64,000 bases of DNA from Thermoanaerobaculum sp. (GCA_021154885.1 JAJKHS010000032.1:46833-110832); one strand, 5' to 3'; positions 9,037-19,927 are shown, counted from the stretch's first letter. Notes: a model not told the origin generated them from the letters alone. Program-made: numbers and translations.

Positions 9037-10354
9037 GATTCGAAGGTCGCTGTTGCTGCTTGTCCAAGCCGCGCTGCTCTGCTCCGCGGTCCTGCTCCTT
9101 GCTCTCACCGTGTCCGGCTCTTCCGTGCTGGCCCAGAAGGTGGAACGCGCCACCTCCCCCGTGGACACCATCGCGGCCCATGCCCGGTCGATGGTGAACG
9201 AGGGGCGCCAGACCTTCCGCTACGAAACCTTCGGCGACCAGGCCTTCTGGACGGGCACCCTGAAGATCCACCAGGCGCTGGCCACGGTGAGTCCCCGCAC
9301 CGCTCTGGCCGTGGGTCTCAAGGTGGACGCCGATGCCCTGCCGCAGTCCGTGCGGCACGCCATCCGGCGAGGCAAGGTCAACCTGGACGACCCCGCCGTC
9401 ACCGCCGAGCTGCTGAAGCTCGGCGCGGTCGTGGGCGTTCAGGGTTCCTTCGCGGCGGATGGCCGGCTCACCAGTGCGGCGATCACCTGCGCCCTCTGCC
9501 ACTCCACCGTCGACGACTCCGTGGCCCCCGGCATCGGCGGGCGGCTCGACGGCTGGGCCAACCGCGACCTGAACGTGGGCGCGATCGTCAATCTCGCTCC
9601 AGACCTCTCGGCAGTGGCCAGCCTTCTGGGGGTGGACGAGCCGACGGTGCGCACCGTCCTCCAGAGCTGGGGGCCGGGCCGCTTCGACGCCGAGCTGTTC
9701 CTGGACGGCAAGGCCTTCCGTCCGGACGGCAAGACGGCCGCCGTCCTCATTCCGCCGGCCTTCGGCCTCGCCGGGGTCAACCTCCACACCTACACCGGCT
9801 GGGGCTCCGTGACCTACTGGAACGCCTTCGTGGCGAATCTCGAAATGCACGGCCAGGGGAATTTTCACGACGCGCGGCTGAACGATGCCGCGAAGTTCCC
9901 GGTGGCGGCCCGGGCCGGCTTCGCCGACGTCAAGAGCGACGTCGACCTGGTCACCCCGAAGCTGGCGGCGCTCCAGCTCTATCAGCTCGCCATTCCGGCC
10001 CCTGAGCCGCCGAAGGGGAGCTTCGACACCGCCGCGGCGCAGCGCGGCAAGCTGGTCTTCAGCGTCGCGGGGTGCGCCAACTGCCACGTGCCGCCGCTCT
10101 ACACCGAGCCCGGCCACAACCTCCACACGCCTGAGGAGATCGGCATCGACGGCTTTCAGGCCGAGCGCTCGCCGGAGGGGGGCTACCGCACCACGCCTCT
10201 CAAAGGTCTCTGGTCCCACGCCAAGGGCGGCTACTACCACGACGGCCGCTTCGCCACCCTGGGCGACGTGGTGGATCACTACGACGGCACCTTCAGCCTC
10301 CACCTCTCGGCGAGCGACAAGGCCGATCTCGTCCAGTACCTGAAGTCGCTCTAG
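9032..10354 (+). CDS. Di-haem c-type cytochrome family protein (peroxidase/MauG-like size), secreted
   Basis: Two CXXCH motifs (CALCH, CANCH), a signal peptide, and an SD before ATG 9032. Confidence 0.75.
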   Translation: MPIRRSLLLLVQAALLCSAVLLLALTVSGSSVLAQKVERATSPVDTIAAHARSMVNEGRQTFRYETFGDQAFWTGTLKIHQALATVSPRTALAVGLKVDADALPQSVRHAIRRGKVNLDDPAVTAELLKLGAVVGVQGSFAADGRLTSAAITCALCHSTVDDSVAPGIGGRLDGWANRDLNVGAIVNLAPDLSAVASLLGVDEPTVRTVLQSWGPGRFDAELFLDGKAFRPDGKTAAVLIPPAFGLAGVNLHTYTGWGSVTYWNAFVANLEMHGQGNFHDARLNDAAKFPVAARAGFADVKSDVDLVTPKLAALQLYQLAIPAPEPPKGSFDTAAAQRGKLVFSVAGCANCHVPPLYTEPGHNLHTPEEIGIDGFQAERSPEGGYRTTPLKGLWSHAKGGYYHDGRFATLGDVVDHYDGTFSLHLSASDKADLVQYLKSL

Positions 10355-11991
10355 GCGGTGTGGGGCGCCGCCCGCTCCAGGATCGCCCCGAAGTCCGTTC
10401 CCGCCGGCAGCGTGCCGAATGCCCGGCCGCCGTCGCCGGCGAGGCGGCTGGCGACGAAGGCGTCGGCCACGCCCGGCGGGGAATGGCGGATGAGGAGCGA
10501 GGCCTGGAGGGCCAGCGCCAGCCGCTCCACCAGCCGGCGGGCGCGGACCTCGGCGTCCGCCGGATCGTCGAGCGACCGGCGCAGGTCCATGGCGAAAGTG
10601 TCCAGCCGGTGATCGGCGCCCCGGGCCTCACGGACCTCGGCGAAGAGGGCCGCGAGCGACTCGGGGGACCGCTGCAGCGCCCGCAGCACGTCCAGGCACT
10701 GGACGTTCCCCGACCCCTCCCAGATGCCGTTGAGCGGCGCCTCCCGGTACAGCCGGGCGAGCCCCCACTCCTCCACGTAGCCGTTGCCGCCCAGGCATTC
10801 CAGCGCCTCGGCGGCGTGGACGGGCGCCCGCTTGCAGACCCAGTACTTGAGCACCGCCGTGGCCAGCCGGCGGAACGGCGCGTCGCTGGCGTCATAGGCG
10901 CGGGCGAGGCGCATCATGGCCACCGTCGCCGCCTCCGACTCCAGGGCGAGGTCGGCCAGCACGTTGCGCATCAGCGGCTGGTCGATCAGCAGTCTGCCGA
11001 AGGCGCTCCGATTCCGAGCGTGATGGATCGCCCGCGCCGTGCCCCAGCGCATCCCCGCCGCCGCGCCGATGACGCAGTCGAGGCGCGTGTGGTTGACCAT
11101 CTCCAGGATCGTGGGCACGCCCCGCCCTTCCTCGCCCACCCGCCGGGCCCAGGCGGCGGCGAGCTCGATCTCGCTCGAAGCGTTGGAGCGGTTACCGAGC
11201 TTGTCCTTGAGCCGCTGAATGTGAAAGCGATTGCGCTCGCCGTCGGGCGTGATCCGGGGAAGGAGGAAGCAGGTGAGGCCGCCGGGCGCCTGCGCCAGCA
11301 CCAGGAAGGCGTCGCACATGGGCGCCGAGCAGAACCATTTGTGGCCCGTCAGCTCGTACTCCCCGCGATTGCCGGCGCCGAGCGGGCGCGCCTGCGTGGT
11401 ATTGGCCCGCACGTCCGAACCGCCCTGCTTCTCCGTCATCGCCATGCCGCAGAGCGCTCCGGCCTTCTCCCCGGCGGGGATCAGCCGCGGATCGTGGACG
11501 GTCGACGTGAGCCGCGGCTCCCACTCCGCCGCCAACTCGGGCTGATGACGCAGGGCGGGCACCGCCGAATAGGTCATGGAGAGAGGGCATCCCACCCCGG
11601 CCTCCACCTCGGCGAGGAGCATGAACATCGCCGCCCGGGCCACGTGCGCTCCCGGCCGCGGCTCCCGCCAGGGCAGCGCATGGAGCCCGTGCTCCACCCC
11701 CAGGGCCAGCAGCGAATGCCACGCGGGGTGATACTCCACCTCGTCGAGCCGCCAGCCCGCGCGGTCGAACGCCTTGAGCACCGGCGGATGCTCGTTGGCC
11801 TGGAACCCCCACGCGATCGTCTCCCGCCGGCCCGCAATCTCCCCGAACGCCCGCGCCCGCTCCTGCGCCCACTCCCCGCCCTCGCGCCGCAGCGCCTCGG
11901 CGAGGGCAGGGTCGGTCGTGAACAGGTTCACGTCCTCGAACGGCGGCGGCTGGTTGAAGACGGTGTGGGTGGAGCAGGGATCGGGGACCAT
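10351..11991 (-). CDS. aidB: AidB-like acyl-CoA dehydrogenase
   Basis: The N-terminus (THTVFNQPPPFEDVNLFTTDPAL) and the later FHPAWH segment match the AidB pattern as I recall it. I placed the start at ATG 11991; the track start 12015 is TTG inside a terminator hairpin. Confidence 0.8.
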   Translation of the reverse strand: MVPDPCSTHTVFNQPPPFEDVNLFTTDPALAEALRREGGEWAQERARAFGEIAGRRETIAWGFQANEHPPVLKAFDRAGWRLDEVEYHPAWHSLLALGVEHGLHALPWREPRPGAHVARAAMFMLLAEVEAGVGCPLSMTYSAVPALRHQPELAAEWEPRLTSTVHDPRLIPAGEKAGALCGMAMTEKQGGSDVRANTTQARPLGAGNRGEYELTGHKWFCSAPMCDAFLVLAQAPGGLTCFLLPRITPDGERNRFHIQRLKDKLGNRSNASSEIELAAAWARRVGEEGRGVPTILEMVNHTRLDCVIGAAAGMRWGTARAIHHARNRSAFGRLLIDQPLMRNVLADLALESEAATVAMMRLARAYDASDAPFRRLATAVLKYWVCKRAPVHAAEALECLGGNGYVEEWGLARLYREAPLNGIWEGSGNVQCLDVLRALQRSPESLAALFAEVREARGADHRLDTFAMDLRRSLDDPADAEVRARRLVERLALALQASLLIRHSPPGVADAFVASRLAGDGGRAFGTLPAGTDFGAILERAAPHTA

Positions 11992-12013
11992 GCCGGGAGG
12001 ATATCGCGGGGTC

Positions 12014-12046
12014 AAAAAAAGAAGGAGCGCGGTGCGCTCCTTTTTT
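12014..12046 (-). terminator. Rho-independent terminator downstream of uppP (A-run/T-run on both sides, potentially bidirectional)
   Basis: AAAAAAA-gAAGGAGCGC-ggt-GCGCTCCTT-TTTT. On the minus strand the stem is followed by a T-run. Confidence 0.6.
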
Positions 12047-12132
12047 GGGAGGGATGAGAGGAGGATTTGCCTCCCCGCACCGTGAACCCTAGCCTACTCA
12101 TGCGCACTTGTCAATATGAATTCTCCATCTTC

Positions 12133-12945
12133 TTAGCGGAAGACCAGGGCGGCCAGGATCACGGCCGCCAGCAGCACCCGGTAGACCACGAACACGGTCA
12201 GGCTCCGGCGGCGCAACCAGTTGAGGAGCCAGGCGATCACCCCGTATCCCACCACGGCGGAGACCACCACGCCGATGCCCATCATCGCGAGGTCGTGGGA
12301 GCTCACCGGCGAGTGCAGCAGGTCCTTCGCATCCTTGGCCGCCACCAGGACGCCGATGGGCACACTCAGGAGGAAGGTGAAGGTGGCGGCCGCCGGCCGG
12401 GTGAAGCCGAGGAGCAGGGCGGCGGTGATGGTGATGCCCGAGCGCGAGGTGCCGGGCACCAGCGCCAGGGCCTGCGCGATGCCGATGACGAGGGCATCCC
12501 GCCACCAGAGGTCGCTCAAGACCCGGGTCTTCCGGCCGACGCGGTCGGCCAGGAACAGGAGCAGGCCGTAGGAGAAGGTCGTGCCGGCGATGAGCAGGGG
12601 GTTCCGCGCCTGGTGCGCGATCAGGTGGTGGAAGGCGAGGCCGGCGAGACCGGCGGGGATGGTCCCCAGGACGAGGTTCAGGGCCATGGTGCGGGGGACG
12701 AACTCGCCGTCCCGCGAGCGGGGCGCGCCGGTGAAGACGCCCACGATCAGGTCCCAGAGGTCGCGGTGGAAATAGGCCACGATGGCGAGCAGCGTCCCCG
12801 TGTTGGTGGCGATGTCGAAGGTGAGCCCCTGGTCGGGCCAGCCCAGGAACCAGGGGACCAGGATCAGGTGGCCCGAGGAGCTGACGGGCAGGAACTCGGT
12901 GATGCCCTGCACGATCGACAGGACGACGGCCTGGATCGGCGTCAC
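12133..12945 (-). CDS. uppP: Undecaprenyl-diphosphate phosphatase
   Basis: The N-terminus (VVLSIVQGITEFLPVSSSGHLIL) is the BacA/UppP signature. Polytopic membrane protein. Confidence 0.92.
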   Translation of the reverse strand: MTPIQAVVLSIVQGITEFLPVSSSGHLILVPWFLGWPDQGLTFDIATNTGTLLAIVAYFHRDLWDLIVGVFTGAPRSRDGEFVPRTMALNLVLGTIPAGLAGLAFHHLIAHQARNPLLIAGTTFSYGLLLFLADRVGRKTRVLSDLWWRDALVIGIAQALALVPGTSRSGITITAALLLGFTRPAAATFTFLLSVPIGVLVAAKDAKDLLHSPVSSHDLAMMGIGVVVSAVVGYGVIAWLLNWLRRRSLTVFVVYRVLLAAVILAALVFR

Positions 12946-13090
12946 GGCGCGAAACCTCTGGACATGGAATGATCTCCTTGGATGACGGCCCGGCCGGCGG
13001 GCCGGGCGATTCTACGACGGACGCGGAGCCTGACACGTATACCGCTATACTTCACCGGCCGCGTCCGTACCCCGGGGCGGCCCAAATCCC

Positions 13091-14188
13091 ATGGATACCC
13101 TCCTCGTCACCGGCGGCGCCGGGTTCATCGGCTGCAATTTCTTGAGGCTCGTCCTCGCCGAGACCGAGGCCCGCGTCGTCGTCCTCGACAAGCTCACCTA
13201 CGCCGGCAGCCTGAAGAGCCTCGAGGGCCTGCCGGACGATCCTCGGAATCCCCGCCTGCGCTTCCTCCGCGGCGACATCGCGGAGCGGTCGACGGTGCAG
13301 CGGGTCTTCCTGGAGCACCGGCCGGGCGCCGTGGTCAACTTCGCCGCCGAGAGCCACGTCGACCGCTCGATCGACGACGCCTCCGACTTCGTCCGCACCA
13401 ACGTGGTGGGCGCCTTCGAGCTGCTGGAGGGGGCCCGCCTCCAACTCGCCGCGGCGCCGGCCGCCGAGCGCGAGCGCTTCCGTTTCCTGCACGTCTCTAC
13501 CGACGAGGTCTATGGCAGTCTGGGGCCCACCGGCGCCTTCTCGGAGTCGACCCCCTACGCCCCCAACTCCCCCTATGCCGCCTCGAAGGCGGGGGCGGAC
13601 CACCTGGTGCGCGCGTTCCACGAGACCTACGGCCTGCCGGCACTGCTCACCAACTGCTCGAACAACTACGGCCCCTTCCAGTTCCCCGAGAAGCTGATCC
13701 CGCTGATGATCCTGAATGCCCTCGAAGGCCGGCCGCTCCCCATCTATGGCGACGGCGGCAACGTCCGCGACTGGCTGTACGTGGAGGACCACTGCCGGGG
13801 GATCCTGGCCGTGCTGCGCCACGGCCGGCCGGGAGAGAAGTACAATCTCGGGGGCCGCAGCGAGCGCACCAACCTGCAGATCGTGGACACGCTCTGCGAC
13901 ATCCTGGAGCGCGAGCGGCCGGCGGCGGACAACCCGGCGCTGGCCGGCCGCGGCTACCGGGACCTCAAGACCTTCGTCGCCGACCGCCCCGGGCACGACC
14001 GCCGCTACGCCATCGACGATGCCAAGATCCGCGGCGAGCTCGGCTGGGAGCCGCGGCACGACTTCGCGGCCGGCCTGCGGGCAACGGTGCGCTGGTACCT
14101 CGCGAACCGCGCCTGGTGCGAGGCCGTGCAGGCGGGCCGGTACGGGCGTGAACGCCTAGGCCTGGGGATCAGCCTGGGGAGGAGCTGA
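13091..14188 (+). CDS. rfbB: dTDP-glucose 4,6-dehydratase
   Basis: TGGAGFIG Rossmann motif, the YAASKAGADH catalytic YxxxK, typical length, and an adjacent rfbC. Confidence 0.93.
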   Translation: MDTLLVTGGAGFIGCNFLRLVLAETEARVVVLDKLTYAGSLKSLEGLPDDPRNPRLRFLRGDIAERSTVQRVFLEHRPGAVVNFAAESHVDRSIDDASDFVRTNVVGAFELLEGARLQLAAAPAAERERFRFLHVSTDEVYGSLGPTGAFSESTPYAPNSPYAASKAGADHLVRAFHETYGLPALLTNCSNNYGPFQFPEKLIPLMILNALEGRPLPIYGDGGNVRDWLYVEDHCRGILAVLRHGRPGEKYNLGGRSERTNLQIVDTLCDILERERPAADNPALAGRGYRDLKTFVADRPGHDRRYAIDDAKIRGELGWEPRHDFAAGLRATVRWYLANRAWCEAVQAGRYGRERLGLGISLGRS

Positions 14189-14191
14189 CGC

Positions 14192-14755
14192 ATGGAATTC
14201 GTCCCTCTGGAGCTCGCAGGGATCGTCCTGGTCAAGCCCGACGTCCACGGCGACGCCCGCGGCTTCTTCCTCGAGACCTATCACGCGCGCAAGTACCGCG
14301 AGGGCGGCATCCCCGGCCCCTTCGTCCAGGACAACCACTCCTTCTCGGTGCAGGGCACGCTGCGCGGCCTCCACGCCCAGCTCCACCACCCCCAGGGCAA
14401 GCTGGTGCGGGCCATCGTCGGCGAGATCTACGATGTGGCCGTGGACGCCCGGCCCGACTCTCCCACCTGCGGCCGATGGGTGAGCGCCGTCCTCTCGTCG
14501 GAGAACCACCACCAGCTCTACGTCCCCCCGGGCTTCGTGCACGGCTTCGTCGTGCTGAGCGAGACGGCGCACGTGCAGTACAAGTGCACCGACTTCTACG
14601 ACAAGGAAGACGAGTTTGGCGTCCTCTGGAACGACCCCGACCTCGCCATCGACTGGCCGGTCCGGGAGCCTCTCCTCAACGCCCGGGACCGCGGCTTCCC
14701 CAGGTTGGCGGAGATCCTGCATCGCCTGCACGGACATGGGAAAAAAGACTCCTGA
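14192..14755 (+). CDS. rfbC: dTDP-4-dehydrorhamnose 3,5-epimerase
   Basis: The GDARGFFLETY and RGLHAQ segments are the RmlC cupin pattern. Confidence 0.92.
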   Translation: MEFVPLELAGIVLVKPDVHGDARGFFLETYHARKYREGGIPGPFVQDNHSFSVQGTLRGLHAQLHHPQGKLVRAIVGEIYDVAVDARPDSPTCGRWVSAVLSSENHHQLYVPPGFVHGFVVLSETAHVQYKCTDFYDKEDEFGVLWNDPDLAIDWPVREPLLNARDRGFPRLAEILHRLHGHGKKDS

Positions 14756-14801
14756 GGTCACGACTCGCCAGGGCTCCCTGTCCGCGGTGACGTCCCCCGC
14801 C

Positions 14802-16370
14802 ATGTACGAAGACCTCTTCACGCCGCGCGACCTGCAGCAGATGAGCGCCATGGGCCTGTCGCCGCGCGAAGCCGCCCGGCAGGTGGAGCTGTTCCGTAAC
14901 CCGCCGCCCTATACCCGCGTGCTGCGCCCCTGCCGGCCGGGCGACGGCATCCTGCCGCTCCCGGAATCGGTACACGCGGCGCTCCTCGCCCGCTATGACG
15001 CCGCCGCCCGGCGCGGGCGGATCGCCAAGCTCGTCCCCGCCTCCGGCGCCGCCACCCGCATGTTCCAGGGGCTGCTGTCGTTCCTGGCGGAGCATCCTGG
15101 CACGTCCGGCTCGCGCGAGCTGCCGGAGGAGGTCCGCACCTTCTTCGACAACCTGCCGCGCTTCCCCTTCTACGAGGAGCTGGCCGCGGCCCTGGGAGCC
15201 GACGGCATCGACCTCGACGACGCGGTGCGCCGGGGCGAGCACCGCCTGGTCCTCGGCTACCTGCTGGAGGACTTCGGGCTCGGGTTTGCCCGGCTGCCCA
15301 AGGCGCTGATCCCCTTCCACCGCTACCCCGAGGGGACGCGCACGGCGTTCGAGGAGCACCTGGTGGAGGCGGCGGACGTCGCCTGCGACGAGGACGGGCT
15401 CTGCCTCCTCCACTTCACCGTCTCACCCCATCATGAAGAGGAGTTCGAGCAGCTCCTCGCCCGGGTGCGGCCGGACCTCGAAGAGCGCTACGACTGCCGC
15501 TTCGAGGTCTCCTTCTCCTGCCAGCGGCCGGCGACCGACACCCTCGCCGTCGATCTCCAGAACCGCCCGTTCCGACTGGAGGACGGCTCCCTCCTCTTTC
15601 GTCCCGGCGGCCACGGCGCCCTGATCGAGAACCTGCACGACCTCGGCCGCGAGGGGTGGGACGTCGTGCTGCTCAAGAACGTCGACAACGTCGTGCCCGA
15701 CGCCAGGAAGCCCGTCGTCCATCACTGGAAGCGGCTGCTGGGGGGGTGCCTGCTGGAGGTGCGGGAGCGCATCTTCGGCCACCTGGACCGTCTGGAGGCG
15801 CTGGACGGCGTGCGGGGCGCCGCGGCGGAAGCCGTGCTGCGCGACGCCGGCGAGCTCCTCGCCCGCGAGCTCTGCCGCCCCCTGCCCCCGGGGTTCGAGA
15901 CCGCCTCGCCGCAGGAGCGGAAGAGCTTCCTCATGGAGTCGCTGGACCGGCCGTTGCGCGTCTGCGGCGTGGTGCGCAACCAGGGCGAGCCCGGAGGCGG
16001 CCCGTTCTGGGTGGAGTCCCCCTCCGGCGGCATCTCGCCGCAGATCGTCGAGGCCTCGCAGATCGATCCCGCGGCGCCGGACCAGCAGGCCGCCCTCGCG
16101 GCCTCCAGCCACTTCAACCCGGTGGACCTCGCCTGCGGCCTGCGCGACCGTCACGGCCGTCCCTACGACCTGCAGCGCGCCATCGATCCCGCCACCGTCT
16201 TCATCGCCGAGAAATCGCACGAGGGACGCCCCCTGAAGGCCCTGGAGCGGCCGGGCCTGTGGAACGGCGCCATGGCCGGCTGGAACACCGTATTCGTGGA
16301 GGTGCCCGACGCCACCTTCGCGCCTGTGAAGACGGTGCTGGACCTGCTGCGGCCCGAGCACCAGGCGTAG
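14802..16370 (+). CDS. DUF4301-family protein
   Basis: The N-terminal pattern (LFTPRDLQQMSAMGLSPREAARQVELFRNPPPY...GDGILPL) matches my recollection of DUF4301. The start is uncertain (ATG 14802 or 14736). Confidence 0.6.
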   Translation: MYEDLFTPRDLQQMSAMGLSPREAARQVELFRNPPPYTRVLRPCRPGDGILPLPESVHAALLARYDAAARRGRIAKLVPASGAATRMFQGLLSFLAEHPGTSGSRELPEEVRTFFDNLPRFPFYEELAAALGADGIDLDDAVRRGEHRLVLGYLLEDFGLGFARLPKALIPFHRYPEGTRTAFEEHLVEAADVACDEDGLCLLHFTVSPHHEEEFEQLLARVRPDLEERYDCRFEVSFSCQRPATDTLAVDLQNRPFRLEDGSLLFRPGGHGALIENLHDLGREGWDVVLLKNVDNVVPDARKPVVHHWKRLLGGCLLEVRERIFGHLDRLEALDGVRGAAAEAVLRDAGELLARELCRPLPPGFETASPQERKSFLMESLDRPLRVCGVVRNQGEPGGGPFWVESPSGGISPQIVEASQIDPAAPDQQAALAASSHFNPVDLACGLRDRHGRPYDLQRAIDPATVFIAEKSHEGRPLKALERPGLWNGAMAGWNTVFVEVPDATFAPVKTVLDLLRPEHQA

Positions 16371-16402
16371 CCCCCATACACGCTAAATTTGGCCTCGACG
16401 TT

Positions 16403-16520
16403 TAGAGTAGGGGCGGGTCTGGACGGCAGGTTGGGGGCTCGACCCGCCCTGGTGGGAGCGAGCTCGACGTTGCAGGGCGGGTCGAGCCCCCTCCCACCGT
16501 CCAGGCCCGCCCCTACTCTA
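16403..16520. repeat. 118-bp imperfect palindromic (REP/MITE-like) element between convergent genes
   Basis: The left arm (16403-16449) and right arm (16473-16520) are near-perfect reverse complements over ~47 bp. The right arm end overlaps the stop codon of the 16518..19718 gene. Confidence 0.8.
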
Positions 16521-19500
16521 AGCCCCCGGCGCCCCGGCGAGAGCCGCCGCCGCCCGTTGCGCGAGCCGCTTGTGCCCCTGCTTCTCGGCGGCCCGCCGGA
16601 CCTCTTCGAGCGTGGCGCGGCCGGCGGCCGTGCTCCCGGTCCCGAGCTCCAGGGAGCCGAGGGCGAGGCGGGCTTCGAGGCCGGCGGTGACGAATCCGAG
16701 CCGGTCCGCCTGGGCGACCGCGTCACGCAGCCGGTCGAGGGCCGCCGCCGGTGCCGTCGCGGCGCCGGCAGGGGCCACCACCGTGTTCACGAAGATCTGC
16801 AGCTCGGGGCTCTCGCTCGCCTGGGCCAGGGAGGTGGCGCGGCTGGCGGCCTCGCTCGCGGGCCCCGGCCGGCCCAGGGCCAGAAGGGCCTCGGCCAGCA
16901 GCGCCAGCGCCCGCGCCTGATCGCCGGGCAGCCCTCTCTGGCCGTACCATTGCGCCCCCTCGCCGGCGAGATGCTCGGCCTCCCCCGGCTGCCCGGCCAG
17001 CAGGGCGAGGCGCGCGAGGTCCAGGCGGATCTCGGCGGCGAGCAGCGCCGCCCCCCGCGCCTCGGCCAGCCGCAGCGCGTCAGCCAGGCGCTGGCGGCCG
17101 GTGGCCAGGTCGCCGGCCGCGATCTGGCTCCGTCCCTGCCGTTGCAGCGCCGAGGCGCTCACCAGGACCGCCTGGATCTGCCGGGCGAGCTCCCACTGGT
17201 CGGACGCGAACCGCTGGGCGCCCGCGAGGTCCCCCCGCTGATACGCCAGGTCAGACAGGGTGCCCAGCAGTTGCGAGGCCCCCAGCTTGTCGCCCACCCG
17301 CCGCTTCTCCTCCAGGGCGTGCGTGAGCCGGCGTTGGGCCAGCGGGAGATCGCCCTGCAGAATCAGCGTCTGCCCGAGCGCTCCCAGGTACGAGGCGGCC
17401 AGGAAGGGATCGCCGTAGGAGCGCGCCACCTGGAACGCCCCCTCCTGGCGCTGCCGCGCCTCGCGCAGGGAGCCGGCGGAGATCAGGATACGGGCGATCC
17501 CGTTCAGCGCCTGGGCCTCTTCCACCCGGTTGCCGGACTGGCGCGCCTGGCTCAGCACCTCGTCGTAGCGCTGCCGGGCCCCCGCCGCGTCGCCCAGGTC
17601 CCACTGGGCCTCGGCGGCCTTGAACAGGCTCCGGGTCTCATAGAGATGGTCCTCCAGCGCGACGAAACGGGTGTGGGCCTCCTCGGTCAGGGCCCGTGAG
17701 CGTTCGAGGTCCCCCAGGTTCCCGGCCACGAAGGCGAGACCCAGGGTCTGGGAGGCGATTAGCTCGCTCGAACCGGTCTGCCGCGCGATGGCGAGCGCCT
17801 CCTGGTAGTGCGCCTCGGCGCCAGCGAAATCGCTGGTGTCCTGCAGCACCGCCGCCATGCGGTTGAGAGTGCGCGCCACCGCCGCCTGGTTGCCCGCGGT
17901 GGCGAACAGGCCGCGGGCCTCCCGGAAGCGGGCGAGCGACTCCTTCGGCCGGCCCATGGTGTACAGGGCATCCCCTTGGAGCAGCAGGGCTTCGCCGATG
18001 ATCTGGCTCTGCGTCAGCCGCCGCCCCTTGCCGGCGGCGGCCGTGCCGGTGCGCAGCTCCTCGGCGGGATCGGCCATCCGGCGCGCGATCTGGGCGGCCA
18101 CGAGATCGATGCGCGGGTCGTCACGCAGCGGGGCCGGGAGTCCGCGCAGCGCTGCCACCGTGGCCAGGGCCTCGGCGCTGCGGCCGGCGGTCGAGAGGCT
18201 GTTGGCCAGTTGCAGGCCGTACTCGAGATTGTCGGGGAAGAAGGTCCACAGCGAGCGGTAGATCTCCGTCGCCTTGGCCCAGTCGCGGCTGGCCTCGCGG
18301 AACCGCGCCTCGATCGCCCGCTGCTGCTCGTTCGGCAGCGAGCCCGCGAGGCTCACCGCCTGCCGGGCCTCCTCCAGGCCCTGCGCGTCGTAGCCGAGCC
18401 CCGTCCAGGCGCGCGACAGGGCCGAGTGGATCACCGCCGAATCGGGGTCCGCCTTGACCGCCCGCTGCAGGCGGTCGCGCGCCCCCAGCGCGTCATAGGC
18501 GTGCAGCTTGTCGAGCCCCTCGGCGTAGAGCCGGGCCGCCTCCGAGCTCCCCGGCTGGAGCGCCTGGACGGCGCGGGCCTGCTCCGGCGAGGGATCGGCC
18601 CATCCGAGCTCATGCCGCATCTTCCCCCCCAGGAGCGAGACCAGCTCGAAAAGGTTGTCCTCGGTGCCGGCCACGGCCAGCGAGGCGGCGGTGTCGCCGC
18701 CCGGCGCCTTGAGCACCCGCAGGTCGATGCGGATCTTGCCGTCGCCCCGGGACCCCAGAGAAAGATAGGAGCCCACGGCCACCTGGTCGGCGCCCAGGCT
18801 GCCGTGGATCTGCGCCAGGTCGTCCTCGCTCAGGTCTTCGAGCGAATTCCCCGGGGACGTCTTCAGCGACTGCCGGACGCGCGCGACGTCCTCGCCCGAT
18901 ACCAGCCGCACCCGCGAGCCGGCGGAGAGCTCGGTGGTGAGCATCTCGGCCAGGGCGGTGGCCAGCCAGTCCTGATCGCGGTTGCCGGAGAGGTTGCGGA
19001 AGCCCATCACCGCCAGGGTCGGCCGTACGTTGACCGCGGCGGGCGTCCCGGGGGCCGGCCCCTCCGCTTTCGCTGGCGCCTGCTGCCGCTGGCTATAGAG
19101 GAGGTAGAGGCCGGCCATCGCCGCCGCCAGCAGCAGTCCCAGGAGGAGGCCGGCGAAGAGGAAGCGGCGCCGTCCGCGGGGGGCCAGGAAGGGCCGGGCG
19201 GGCGGCGGTTTCGACAGCACGAACGTGCCGGAGAGCGTCCCGTCCTCGTCCAGAGCTGGTCTCGCGGCGGCGGGCAACGGCCCGGGGGTGGCTGGCAGTG
19301 AGCTCGGCGGGGGAGTCGCAGGCGGCGTTGTCGGCGAGAAAATCCCGGCGATCTGAAACTCCCCCGTCGACTCCCGGGGGACCTCGACGACCTGGGCGAC
19401 GAAGCTGTACCCCCGCCCCGGCACGGTCACCACGTAGCGATGGTCGTTCGCCCGCTCTCCCAGAGCTTTGCGCAGGGAGGAGACGTTCTGGGTGAGGTTG

Positions 19501-19718
19501 GCCTCGGTGACATAGGTATCCGGCCAGACCTTCTGGATCAGGTCCTCCTTCTCCACCACCCCGCCGCGCCTCTCCAGCAGGACGAGGAGGATCGAGAACG
19601 CCTTCGGGGTGAGCGAGATCTGCTCGCTGCCCCGCAGCAGGCGACGCCGGACGGGGTCGACCCGGAAGCCGTCGAACTCGTACAGGGATTTCTCGGTCCG
19701 GGTCTCTACGGTGCTCAT
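16518..19718 (-). CDS. CadC/OmpR-type winged-helix transcriptional regulator with TM segment and long TPR sensor region
   Basis: The N-terminus ([36 protein letters not shown]...[23 protein letters not shown]) is a wHTH. One TM follows ([23 protein letters not shown]), then TPR-like helical repeats. Confidence 0.8.
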   Translation of the reverse strand: MSTVETRTEKSLYEFDGFRVDPVRRRLLRGSEQISLTPKAFSILLVLLERRGGVVEKEDLIQKVWPDTYVTEANLTQNVSSLRKALGERANDHRYVVTVPGRGYSFVAQVVEVPRESTGEFQIAGIFSPTTPPATPPPSSLPATPGPLPAAARPALDEDGTLSGTFVLSKPPPARPFLAPRGRRRFLFAGLLLGLLLAAAMAGLYLLYSQRQQAPAKAEGPAPGTPAAVNVRPTLAVMGFRNLSGNRDQDWLATALAEMLTTELSAGSRVRLVSGEDVARVRQSLKTSPGNSLEDLSEDDLAQIHGSLGADQVAVGSYLSLGSRGDGKIRIDLRVLKAPGGDTAASLAVAGTEDNLFELVSLLGGKMRHELGWADPSPEQARAVQALQPGSSEAARLYAEGLDKLHAYDALGARDRLQRAVKADPDSAVIHSALSRAWTGLGYDAQGLEEARQAVSLAGSLPNEQQRAIEARFREASRDWAKATEIYRSLWTFFPDNLEYGLQLANSLSTAGRSAEALATVAALRGLPAPLRDDPRIDLVAAQIARRMADPAEELRTGTAAAGKGRRLTQSQIIGEALLLQGDALYTMGRPKESLARFREARGLFATAGNQAAVARTLNRMAAVLQDTSDFAGAEAHYQEALAIARQTGSSELIASQTLGLAFVAGNLGDLERSRALTEEAHTRFVALEDHLYETRSLFKAAEAQWDLGDAAGARQRYDEVLSQARQSGNRVEEAQALNGIARILISAGSLREARQRQEGAFQVARSYGDPFLAASYLGALGQTLILQGDLPLAQRRLTHALEEKRRVGDKLGASQLLGTLSDLAYQRGDLAGAQRFASDQWELARQIQAVLVSASALQRQGRSQIAAGDLATGRQRLADALRLAEARGAALLAAEIRLDLARLALLAGQPGEAEHLAGEGAQWYGQRGLPGDQARALALLAEALLALGRPGPASEAASRATSLAQASESPELQIFVNTVVAPAGAATAPAAALDRLRDAVAQADRLGFVTAGLEARLALGSLELGTGSTAAGRATLEEVRRAAEKQGHKRLAQRAAAALAGAPGA

Positions 19719-19866
19719 CGTCCTGAAGCTCGAAACTGGGTGTTACCGAAGCTCCTCAAGGAGACAACGGAAGACCGCATCGGATCTCCTCCGGGTGACT
19801 CCCTCCAGCCCCTCCCCCCTCAAGGTGCACGAAGTTAACGGATTGTACATCAGGACGGCTCAAAGC

Positions 19867-19927
19867 GACTTTGAGACGACTTTGATGTTTTTTGATGAAG
19901 CTTGAGCGAATCCATGAGGACTCTTGA
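19867..19927. promoter_or_regulatory. Helically phased TTGA direct repeats upstream of the CadC-like regulator gene
   Basis: GACTTTGA occurs at 19867 and 19878 (11-bp period). TTGA occurs at 19871, 19882, 19892, 19902 and 19924 (spacings 11, 10, 10, 22). The site is 150-210 bp upstream of start 19718. Confidence 0.25.

Noticed and set aside
10360-12057. 565-aa plus-strand ORF opposite the AidB-like gene; similar long antisense ORFs at 32843..34753, 35581..37917, 43349..45169, 44908..47283, 50438..51664, 52370..54631 and 61293..63659
   Set aside because: All are antisense or out of frame to well-supported genes and have low-complexity R/P/G/A-rich translations.
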